The translations under genes were made by a program, and so were the position numbers. Shown here piece after piece: positions 24,679-33,401 of a stretch of DNA of 41,216 nt. The notes under the pieces were generated by a model. It was not told the DNA's origin, did no database searches, and saw nothing but the letters and a program-made list of their open reading frames with translations. Numbering within the stretch: position 1 is the stretch's first letter; every line of letters starts with the position of its first letter. The DNA is from a virus. The stretch covers positions 1 through 41,216 of the IMG/VR virus record IMGVR_UViG_3300036782_000053; one strand, written 5' to 3'.

Positions 24679-25078
24679 TTTTAGTGTCGATTCTTCTAAA
24701 TTTGAATCTTTACAAAGGAACATTGAGCGATTACCAAACGTTGCAGAAAAGATAATAAATGAAGATTTAAAGTCTAGAATTGCACCAGTAATGAAAAAGT
24801 CTGTTCTTGGTTTAATGCCAATATCGAACAGAAAGAAAGCTCACGCTAAACTATACCAATCTATTAATGATGATAATAAAGAGAATTTAACATTAACATT
24901 AAAACCAAAATCAAAATATAGATATTTAGTTTTCCCTGATTTGGGATTAGGTACAAGTAAGAAGAAGGCGGCTCAAAAGTTCATGGAGCGTGGCGTGGAA
25001 CAAAAAGTAAATTACTCTATTGAGGAATTAAATAAGTCTTTAATAGAAGAAATAAATAAAACTTTAGGAGGAAAATAA
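24668..25078 (+). CDS. Neck / tail-completion protein (HK97 gp10-like position)
   Basis: 136 aa. Synteny only. Confidence 0.5.
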   Translation: MPANFSVDSSKFESLQRNIERLPNVAEKIINEDLKSRIAPVMKKSVLGLMPISNRKKAHAKLYQSINDDNKENLTLTLKPKSKYRYLVFPDLGLGTSKKKAAQKFMERGVEQKVNYSIEELNKSLIEEINKTLGGK

Positions 25079-25645
25079 ATGCCTACAACAACTATTGATG
25101 TTTTTGATGCAGTCGAGGTTAAAAACGCGAGTGTACTTTTTAAAGGTGAAGCAGTAACAGAACCGTTTGGATGTATTGGTAAATTAGATGCAGAAACGGA
25201 AATTAAATCAATCGAAAAGAAATGTGGTGGTGTTACGCAAAAGAAAAAATCTAAGCCAACACAATTGACCGTTAAGATTAGTGGCCACATGCAATTGAAA
25301 GTACTACGCAACATTTTTGGCATTACAAACGACGGTTTAATCACTGATGTATTCGGGTATGGTGTGGATAGTTTAGGTAAAGATTTCGCATTCGTAGCTG
25401 AAGAACACGATGCATTTGAAGAAAATACACGTTTAATCGCATTCCCTAACTGCGCAGCGGCAACAGGTTTCGTAAAGAGTGTGGAAAACGGAGCGGAGGA
25501 ACTAGCGGAATTCGAATTAGAAATTACTGCATTACCAGATAAATACGGAAAATTCTATTATGAAGGTATTAATTTAACAGGAACAGTTGCACAAACTTGG
25601 TTAACTAAATTTGATTCTGCAAGCTTACAAAAAACTGGTGCTTAA
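25079..25645 (+). CDS. Major tail protein
   Basis: 188 aa. AGGAGG RBS. Followed by a terminator and the chaperone/tape-measure genes. Confidence 0.75.
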   Translation: MPTTTIDVFDAVEVKNASVLFKGEAVTEPFGCIGKLDAETEIKSIEKKCGGVTQKKKSKPTQLTVKISGHMQLKVLRNIFGITNDGLITDVFGYGVDSLGKDFAFVAEEHDAFEENTRLIAFPNCAAATGFVKSVENGAEELAEFELEITALPDKYGKFYYEGINLTGTVAQTWLTKFDSASLQKTGA

Positions 25646-25667
25646 TATATCAATATAAATTCTATCA

Positions 25668-25692
25668 AAGGCGCTCTTTATGAGTGCCTTTT
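25668..25692 (+). terminator. Hairpin terminator/attenuator after the major tail gene
   Basis: AAGGCGCTC-TTTAT-GAGTGCCTT followed by TTAATTTT. Confidence 0.6.
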
Positions 25693-25719
25693 AATTTTGA
25701 TAATAGGGAGAGATATTAC

Positions 25720-26070
25720 ATGACAAAAGAAATTACATTATCAACTGGTGAAGTAGTGAAAGCGAATCCTAACTTAACAGCTTTAACACTATTCAAATTA
25801 GAAAAAGAAGGCATTATTGATAAAGGATTTTTAAGTACTTTATTAAATGCTGGTGGAATTCAAAACATTGATTTATTAGATACGTTCCGTATTGTTTATG
25901 CGGCTTATCGCCAAGCGAATCCTACTGAATACATGGAATTTGAAGCATTCATGGAAGTGTATGAAGTTGATATGTCAGAGGCGTTTGATTATTTCGGTGC
26001 GGTTATGAAAAAAGAAGCTAAAAACAAAATGGCGCAAGGTTTCCATGATAAAGCGAAAAAAAAGGCTTAA
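25720..26070 (+). CDS. Tail assembly chaperone (gpG-like)
   Basis: AGGGAGAG RBS before ATG 25720. Ends in a slippery A8 run directly upstream of the tape measure gene. Confidence 0.75.
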   Translation: MTKEITLSTGEVVKANPNLTALTLFKLEKEGIIDKGFLSTLLNAGGIQNIDLLDTFRIVYAAYRQANPTEYMEFEAFMEVYEVDMSEAFDYFGAVMKKEAKNKMAQGFHDKAKKKA

Positions 26071-26252
26071 CACTTCCTAAATTCGAAATTGAATTCGTTG
26101 TGGACTTATACAGCCTATATGTATTCATCTTTGAAATATCGGAACATGACTTTTGGAATTTACCATTACGTGACGTTCAAAGGATAGCAGAAAACAAAAG
26201 TGCTTACGAAGGGTGGAAAGCCTATATCCAAGAAAAGGAGAGTGGAAAATAG
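25720..26252 (+). CDS. Tail assembly chaperone -1 frameshift product (gpGT-like)
   Basis: The A8G run at 26056-26064 allows a -1 slip. I translated the -1 frame codon by codon and it is open from 26064 to TAG 26250-26252, one base before the tape measure ATG. Confidence 0.65.
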
Positions 26253-29200
26253 ATGGCTACTCCTTCAAAAGAAACCATAATTAAATTTAAGGCTGACACC
26301 GCTGATTATAAATCTAAGATAAACGAAATGAATCAGGCAAACAAAGCCTTAACACAAGAGTTAAAGTTAGCTCAAACGCAAATGAAGTTAACCGGAACTG
26401 ACGTTGATAAATATAAGACTTCGCTATCCACACTTGGTAAGCAATATGAAATCGCTAAAAACAAAACAAAAGAGACCGCGGAACAACTTCAAAGAACAAA
26501 GCAAGTGTGGGGAGAAAACGCTACAGAAACCAAAAAGGCTGAAGAAGCGTTACGTCGTGCACAAATTGCCGAATCTGAAATTTCTAACAAAATAAAAACA
26601 ACTACCGAATCACTAAAGCAAGCACAACAAGCGGAAGCGTTAAGGAATAGTGAAGTCGGCAAATCTAAACAAGCATTAGAAGGACTTAAACAGTCTCAAT
26701 CCGCTTTGCAAACAGAAAGTCAAAAGTTAAAGTCTGCTTATGATCTTCAAGCCGCTTCGTTAAGTAAGAATGCTTCAGAAACATCTAAGGCTAAATTACA
26801 ATATGACTATTTAAAGCAAGCGCAACAAAATGCTGGTGAACAGACTAGAAATTTAGCACAACAATTAAGTAATGCTAAAACTGCATTCGGCGCGGGATCG
26901 GAAGAAGTTAAAAGGTTAGAAACCGAATTAAATAGAGCAAGACAAGCTGAAATTGAACTGGGAAGAGAAACGCAAGCTCTAGAAAGAAGAGTTGGAGACG
27001 GTTTTAAAACAGCTAAATCACACGTTCAAGAATTCGGTAACAAAGTAAAAGAAGTTGGGAAAAGTGTTTCTGACGTAGGGAAAGACATGTCAATGAAAGT
27101 TACAGCTCCTATCGCTGGTGCTATGGGTTATGCTGCAAAAGAAGCATCGAAATTCCAACATGAAATGGCTGACATTCGAAAAGAGGTAAACGCAACAGGA
27201 TTGACGTCACAACAAGTTAATGAAGTTATGGGTAGAATGTGGGATAGTTCCCTTGCTAACTCTCAAAAGTTCGGTGTTAGTACTGAGAAGATAAATGAAG
27301 GTTTACTTGTATTAGTCAAAGATGGTTATACAGCCGAAGAAGCAATGAAGATTATGACTGTATCCCTCCACACTGCACGAGGAGCGAATGAAGACTTATC
27401 AAAAACTGTGGATGGACTAGGATCAGCATTCGAAGCTACAGGACAAAAAACTGATAATGCTAAACATAATATTGATGGTATCAATCATATGGCTGACGTC
27501 TTCGCTTACACGGCTAACCACACGAAGGCTAGTGTTCATTCGTTAACGGAATCAATGTCTATTATCGGTCCTACAGCTTCGGCGGCAGGTCAGTCTTTGG
27601 AAATAGCGGCATCAGCAATGGGAATATTGCAATCGAATGGTGTCCCAGCAGAACAAGCGGCGAGAGCTTTAAAATCAGGTTTCGTTAACTTGACAAAGCC
27701 TACTAAACAAATGGCTAAAGAAATGCATAAAATGAATTTGAGTGTATTCGATTCAAAGGGAAATATGAAAGAATTACCGCAAATCCTTAATGAAATGGAT
27801 AAAGGTATGAAAGATTATACTATGGAACAAAGGAATGCGGCTATAGCTACGATATTTGGTAAAGACCATCTTGCTAGTTGGCAAATAATGGTCCATAGTG
27901 GTGGAGAAAAGTTACAGAAAATGGCTGATGCTGCCAATAAAGCTACCGGTGAAGTTAAGCATTTATCAGAACAAATGCAAGACACTCCTGAGAATAAATT
28001 CAAAGAATTACAACAAACAATGCACACGTTAGCTGTTCAATTTGGTACAGAAGTATTGCCTGCCTTGATGCCGGTTGTTGAAAAATTAAAAGATTTAATG
28101 AACTGGATTTCTAAACTTGACCCAGAAACTAAGAAAACAATTGTAATCATAGCGGCGTTGGCGGCGGCAATCGGTCCAATATTGATAGTCATAGGCGCTG
28201 TAATATCCGCCATAGGGACGATAATAACCGCCGTCGGTTCGGTGATCGGCTTTATTGGTACTTTAATAGGGTGGATTTCTGCTATAGCTGAAGCGATAGG
28301 TATAGTAGTCACCGTAATAGCGGCATTTGTAGGAGCGCCGATTGCAGCGGTTGTAGCAGCTATAGCGGCGGTAATTGCAATTGTAGTTGCAGTAATTGCT
28401 ATATTTAATAATTGGGGCGGTATCACTGATTGGTTAAAAGAAAAATGGAGTCAGTTTACTAATTGGATGTCACAACTGTGGACGGAATTATCTGATGCTT
28501 GTTCTAAAGGTTGGGACAATATCTCTCAATCTATACAAATGGCATGGGACGCAATAGGACAATGGTTCAGTCAACAGTGGGAAGAATTTAAAAATACTTG
28601 GAATAATTTCTGGTCTGAAGTCGGTACTATAGCAAATGAGATGTGGACAGCAACGATCGAATGGTTCTCAAGTACATGGGATTCGTTCAAACAAATTTGT
28701 TCTGACGCATGGGAAGCTGTAAAATCAGGATTCTCGGCATTCTGGGAAGGATTAAAAGAAATTGCGCAAATAGCTTGGGATATTCTTTTCCAAATTATAA
28801 CATTCCCATTACAACTATTGTTAACTGCCTTCATTCTAGGTTGGGAATTGATAAAAGAACCTGTAAATCAATTTTGGGAATGGATAAAGCCTTATATTGT
28901 GGATTCTTGGAATGCTATATCTTCTACATTTACTGAATATAGGGATATGTTAGTTAACACTATAAATGATTTATGGACTTCAATTACCGACTTTACTAAT
29001 TCGACATGGGAATCTATAAAATCGATAATTAGTTCTGCTTGGCAATGGATCACTGATACTATAAATGCGTTTTTAGACCCTATCAAACTTAAAATACAGC
29101 AAGGTTGGGATTACGTATCAAATATAACATCTCAAGCGTGGAACGCAGTTTCGACGTTTATTTCTGATGTTTGGAATGAAATTGTTGGATATATTAGTGA

Positions 29201-30095
29201 CAATATAAATAAAGCGAAAGATACCGTTACAAATGGATGGAATTCAGCTAAAGATACAACTACAAGTAAATGGAATGAAATCACATCGTTAATTTCTAGT
29301 GTTTGGAATACGATAACTTCAAATATAAGTAATGCCGTAAATGAAGTGAAAAGTAGAATTGAAGGCGCTTGGAATGTTGTTAAAGCTGTTACTAGTGGTA
29401 TTTGGAATAGCATAGTCTCTTACGTTACTGGAAAATGGGAATCATTGAAATCGAGTGCTATGAGCATTTTCAATTACATTAAAGACAAGATTCAATCAAA
29501 CTGGGATACTGTCTCCAGCGTATTAACGGCTATTTCAGGACCGATAAAAAGCGTAATCGGATTTTTCAAAGATTTATATGACGGAATTAGTAAATGGATC
29601 GGAAAAGTTGTAGATAAAATAACAGGTGCTTGGAATAAAGCTGGTGACATTTTAAATAAATTAAATCCATTTGCTAGTTCAGCAAGCATAACTGTGGAGA
29701 GTCGAAGTGCAGCTCCTGCATTTTCTTCTTCTAATTCAGTAGCTCCTGCAATGGCTTCTGTTGCTCCTATGAGTTTAGCTAGAAGTATTGCACCTTTAAC
29801 AGCTCAAACGTTTTCTGGTGGCATACTAGGAGACACTATAGGTAAAATAAGCAAAACAATGAGCGGCGGAGGAATGCTTTCTAATTTACCTGATTTAGCA
29901 GGAAACACATTAGCAAGTTCAGCTGGGGTTAAAGTAATTCAATCTCAACCGCAAGAAATCAAAAATGAAGTTACTTTCCACACTACTGTTAGAAATGAAA
30001 GTGATTTAAATACAATGTTCCAAAAAGCAGATGATTGGTTTGCTAAAAAAGGTCAAGCCTTAAACATCGGTAAAGGAGGTTCTACACGTGCATGA
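26253..30095 (+). CDS. Tape measure protein
   Basis: 1280 aa. N-terminal coiled coil, central ~90-aa hydrophobic A/I/V block, then a long tryptophan-periodic repeat region. Confidence 0.9.
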   Translation: MATPSKETIIKFKADTADYKSKINEMNQANKALTQELKLAQTQMKLTGTDVDKYKTSLSTLGKQYEIAKNKTKETAEQLQRTKQVWGENATETKKAEEALRRAQIAESEISNKIKTTTESLKQAQQAEALRNSEVGKSKQALEGLKQSQSALQTESQKLKSAYDLQAASLSKNASETSKAKLQYDYLKQAQQNAGEQTRNLAQQLSNAKTAFGAGSEEVKRLETELNRARQAEIELGRETQALERRVGDGFKTAKSHVQEFGNKVKEVGKSVSDVGKDMSMKVTAPIAGAMGYAAKEASKFQHEMADIRKEVNATGLTSQQVNEVMGRMWDSSLANSQKFGVSTEKINEGLLVLVKDGYTAEEAMKIMTVSLHTARGANEDLSKTVDGLGSAFEATGQKTDNAKHNIDGINHMADVFAYTANHTKASVHSLTESMSIIGPTASAAGQSLEIAASAMGILQSNGVPAEQAARALKSGFVNLTKPTKQMAKEMHKMNLSVFDSKGNMKELPQILNEMDKGMKDYTMEQRNAAIATIFGKDHLASWQIMVHSGGEKLQKMADAANKATGEVKHLSEQMQDTPENKFKELQQTMHTLAVQFGTEVLPALMPVVEKLKDLMNWISKLDPETKKTIVIIAALAAAIGPILIVIGAVISAIGTIITAVGSVIGFIGTLIGWISAIAEAIGIVVTVIAAFVGAPIAAVVAAIAAVIAIVVAVIAIFNNWGGITDWLKEKWSQFTNWMSQLWTELSDACSKGWDNISQSIQMAWDAIGQWFSQQWEEFKNTWNNFWSEVGTIANEMWTATIEWFSSTWDSFKQICSDAWEAVKSGFSAFWEGLKEIAQIAWDILFQIITFPLQLLLTAFILGWELIKEPVNQFWEWIKPYIVDSWNAISSTFTEYRDMLVNTINDLWTSITDFTNSTWESIKSIISSAWQWITDTINAFLDPIKLKIQQGWDYVSNITSQAWNAVSTFISDVWNEIVGYISDNINKAKDTVTNGWNSAKDTTTSKWNEITSLISSVWNTITSNISNAVNEVKSRIEGAWNVVKAVTSGIWNSIVSYVTGKWESLKSSAMSIFNYIKDKIQSNWDTVSSVLTAISGPIKSVIGFFKDLYDGISKWIGKVVDKITGAWNKAGDILNKLNPFASSASITVESRSAAPAFSSSNSVAPAMASVAPMSLARSIAPLTAQTFSGGILGDTIGKISKTMSGGGMLSNLPDLAGNTLASSAGVKVIQSQPQEIKNEVTFHTTVRNESDLNTMFQKADDWFAKKGQALNIGKGGSTRA

Positions 30096-30774
30096 TATTC
30101 GGATAAACGACAAATTAGGACGAAACTACCATCTTTGCATGGTAGACCGTCCTAAAATACCAACTGCTAAAAAGAAGGTTGAATTTATTGAAGTTGACGG
30201 GAGAGAAAACGGAGCGTTAACAAAAGATAAAGGTTATGAAGATGTTGAGTTTAAAGTTGAGTTTAATTTACTCGAAGATGAAAATATCAAACCTTTATTA
30301 AGAAAAATAAAAGCGTGGATAATGAATGCTAAGATTGTTTCATTCACTGATGATTATGTTTATAGAAAGATAAAGTCAGTTGAAATCGGAGATATAGATA
30401 ACGAAATAGAGGAATACGGGAAGTTTGAAGTTACATTCAAAGCTGATCCATATGAGTACGCTATTGAACAGCCAATTACAATAACAAATCCCGTTACGAT
30501 TATGAATCAAGGTACATTACATTCTTTACCGAAATTAACGATTTACGGAACAGGAAATATAACAATACAGATTAACGGTATTTCTTTCCAAGTAAAAGGC
30601 GTTAATCCTTTTGTTATTGTTGATTCTGATTTAATGGAATGCTACTACAATACAACTCCTATGAATGACAAAATGGTTGGGAAGTTCCCTACATTTAAAG
30701 AAGGAGAAAATACAATATCGTGGACGGGGAGTGTATCTAAAATCGATATAGAAACAAGGTGGCGATACATTTGA
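30088..30774 (+). CDS. Distal tail protein (Dit)
   Basis: 228 aa directly after the tape measure gene. AAAGGAGG RBS before the GTG start. Confidence 0.7.
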   Translation: MHDIRINDKLGRNYHLCMVDRPKIPTAKKKVEFIEVDGRENGALTKDKGYEDVEFKVEFNLLEDENIKPLLRKIKAWIMNAKIVSFTDDYVYRKIKSVEIGDIDNEIEEYGKFEVTFKADPYEYAIEQPITITNPVTIMNQGTLHSLPKLTIYGTGNITIQINGISFQVKGVNPFVIVDSDLMECYYNTTPMNDKMVGKFPTFKEGENTISWTGSVSKIDIETRWRYI

Positions 30775-33401
30775 TTACACTTTATAAGCCTAACGAAACA
30801 GATTTTACCCACAATGGTATAGGCATTCTCGATAATAATATTTATGAAGCTGAAATTGAGGAAATTTTAAACGGTGTTTATACACTAAGTTTTAAATATC
30901 CTCTTTTTTCTCCACACGGATTAGAAATAGATGGTCAATGTTTAGTTAAAGTTCCGACTCCTGATGGAGATCAGTTGTTCCGTGTAGCGAATCCGCATCC
31001 TGCAAACGGTGAACTGCAAGTGTTTTGTTATCATATTTTCTATGATTTAGTAGATAACTTTATCGAAGATACAAATATAGTTAATAAAACAGGATTAGGG
31101 GCGCTTGATCAAGTAAAAGGTGCTCTACAATATCCTACTAAGTTCGACTTTTATAGTGATGTTTCTAGAGTAGCGAATGCACGTTTAGTCAGAAAAAATC
31201 CCGTTGAATTTTTATTAGATAGTGGACAAGATAATTCGTTCTTGAGTCGTTGGGGCGGCGAATTATTACGTGATAATTTCAATGTTAGAATGTTGAATAA
31301 TCGTGGCCGTGATCGTGGCGTAGTCATTCAACATAAAAAGGATTTATTAGGATATGAAGCAGATGTGGATTGGCAATCTCCTATCACAAAGATTATGCCA
31401 CAAGGTTTTGACGGACTTTTTCTCCCTGAGAAATATGTAACTAGTACGTTAGTTAATAAATATGTTAATCCTAAAATTAGAAAGATTGAGTTTCCAAACG
31501 TAAAAGCAGCTGTAGGTGACTATGCAAATGATGAAGATGCAATACCATTACCGGATGCATTGAATAAATTACGTGCTGAAGCATTAGCAATGTTTAACGA
31601 ACAGCATGTGGATCAACCACTGGCAACTTATAAGATTAAATTCCAGGAGTTATCACAAACGGAAGAATATAAAGATTTCGCTGTTATGCAACGTGTTTAT
31701 ATGGGGGACACGGTGACTGTACAACATTTAGAAGAAGGAATCGACGTCAAGGCTAAAGTCGTATCTTATAAATATGATCCCTTGAACGATGAATATACTG
31801 ATATTACATTAGGAAACTATAAAGAGTCATTTACTGATGTGGCTAACAAAGTAGATAGAATACAAGATAATTTAGACGGTTTAGAAACTAGTTTTTTAGA
31901 AAAAGCTAAAGACCGCGCTACTGATTTAATTAACAGTGGTTTCGGCGGTCATGTTCGCATTTATCCTGAACGAATTCTGATTATGGATACAGAAAAGGAA
32001 AGTACAGCAAAAAAAGTGTGGCAATGGAACATTAATGGACTAGGGTATTCTAAAACTGGCATTAACGGGCCATATGGACTAGCAATGACGATGGACGGTT
32101 CAATTGTAGCTGACTTTATAACGACAGGTAAATTGAATGCATCAATGGTACAAACTGGATTTAATGAATTCGGCAGCGTAATTAAATTATTACCCGAAGG
32201 TTTAGAGTCGCGCGTTAACGGAAAAAGACGAATGCAATTAGATAATGTGGGAAGGCTTAATATATTTGATAATGATGAAACTATGATAGGTTTTCTCGGT
32301 TATCAAGGTAAGGCGAATAATCCGTCAATGAAAGGTGTATCTGTCGCGATACGTCCGAATAGATTTTTAAGTCTATCCGTTTACAATGAAGGTACAGATT
32401 TCTATAATCCGTATTTTGAAATTGTAGATAACCCTAATTTGTACGGCATGGCAGGGAATCACTTGTGGAAGGATTTAATGTTTAATAGGACTAAAGCTAT
32501 TTTTAATGATAGTGGCGACGGTGTAGCCCGTAATTTCATTCAAGAATTGACATACACTGATGGAATGAAACGTTTGGCGTTAATTTCTGATCAAGGCATC
32601 GACTTCGCGCGATTGAATGGAGACGCCAAAATAACTGTATCGGGTATTAGAGATGATTACTCTTATTCTCACGGGAGATTTTACGCTAATGGCGGCGTCG
32701 CACTTGATGGAATGGGAACAAACATCGTTAATAATGGTGTTTTTAAAACAACTGGTTCTTCATTAGCAGTAAGTAGCGCAACGAAAGTTATGTTATGTTA
32801 TGCGCTTAACGGTAGTTTTTACGAAGTATTCAGCGTTGCTCATAAGAATAATTTAGATGCATACGGCGAATTAAATATGCATAATTACGCGATTGTAAAT
32901 ACTTCTTTGAATAGAACCTTAGTTAATAACAATATAGATCAACCGATGTCTTTCGCTAGATCGTTAGCAAAAATTAATGTAACTAAGAATATGTCTAGTG
33001 TAATGAGTTCTTCCGAAACCTTTACCCACATTGGAGAAGATGAAACTACGGACGGACAAGTTAAGATTGATCTACCTATTTTCTTCCAAAACGAAACAAG
33101 TAATTACCACGTTTTTATTAGTAAGTATGGACGTGGTGATATTTGGGTTTCTGAACGCAATGCAAAATACTTCATTGTTGAAAGCGATAATGATATTTCA
33201 TTTTCTTATGAAATCAAGATTGTAAAAGATGAAGAATTGTCAGTACGTCCTATGTTAGCTAGATCGATGAAAACAAGATCGAGTATCTTCGACATGGCTG
33301 GTGGCATCCCAGAAGAAACTAGTGTGGACAACAAGATCAGAATTGATGAATCTGAGTACAAAGGAGTGGAAATAGATTATGAAAACCAGATTAATCCTTG
33401 A
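30771..33401 (+). CDS. Tail-associated lysin-type / minor structural baseplate hub protein (Tal)
   Basis: N terminus LITLYKPNETDFTHNGIGIL is typical of prophage tail endopeptidase/minor structural proteins. TTG 30771 lies 8 nt after AAGGTGG. Confidence 0.75.
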   Translation: MITLYKPNETDFTHNGIGILDNNIYEAEIEEILNGVYTLSFKYPLFSPHGLEIDGQCLVKVPTPDGDQLFRVANPHPANGELQVFCYHIFYDLVDNFIEDTNIVNKTGLGALDQVKGALQYPTKFDFYSDVSRVANARLVRKNPVEFLLDSGQDNSFLSRWGGELLRDNFNVRMLNNRGRDRGVVIQHKKDLLGYEADVDWQSPITKIMPQGFDGLFLPEKYVTSTLVNKYVNPKIRKIEFPNVKAAVGDYANDEDAIPLPDALNKLRAEALAMFNEQHVDQPLATYKIKFQELSQTEEYKDFAVMQRVYMGDTVTVQHLEEGIDVKAKVVSYKYDPLNDEYTDITLGNYKESFTDVANKVDRIQDNLDGLETSFLEKAKDRATDLINSGFGGHVRIYPERILIMDTEKESTAKKVWQWNINGLGYSKTGINGPYGLAMTMDGSIVADFITTGKLNASMVQTGFNEFGSVIKLLPEGLESRVNGKRRMQLDNVGRLNIFDNDETMIGFLGYQGKANNPSMKGVSVAIRPNRFLSLSVYNEGTDFYNPYFEIVDNPNLYGMAGNHLWKDLMFNRTKAIFNDSGDGVARNFIQELTYTDGMKRLALISDQGIDFARLNGDAKITVSGIRDDYSYSHGRFYANGGVALDGMGTNIVNNGVFKTTGSSLAVSSATKVMLCYALNGSFYEVFSVAHKNNLDAYGELNMHNYAIVNTSLNRTLVNNNIDQPMSFARSLAKINVTKNMSSVMSSSETFTHIGEDETTDGQVKIDLPIFFQNETSNYHVFISKYGRGDIWVSERNAKYFIVESDNDISFSYEIKIVKDEELSVRPMLARSMKTRSSIFDMAGGIPEETSVDNKIRIDESEYKGVEIDYENQINP

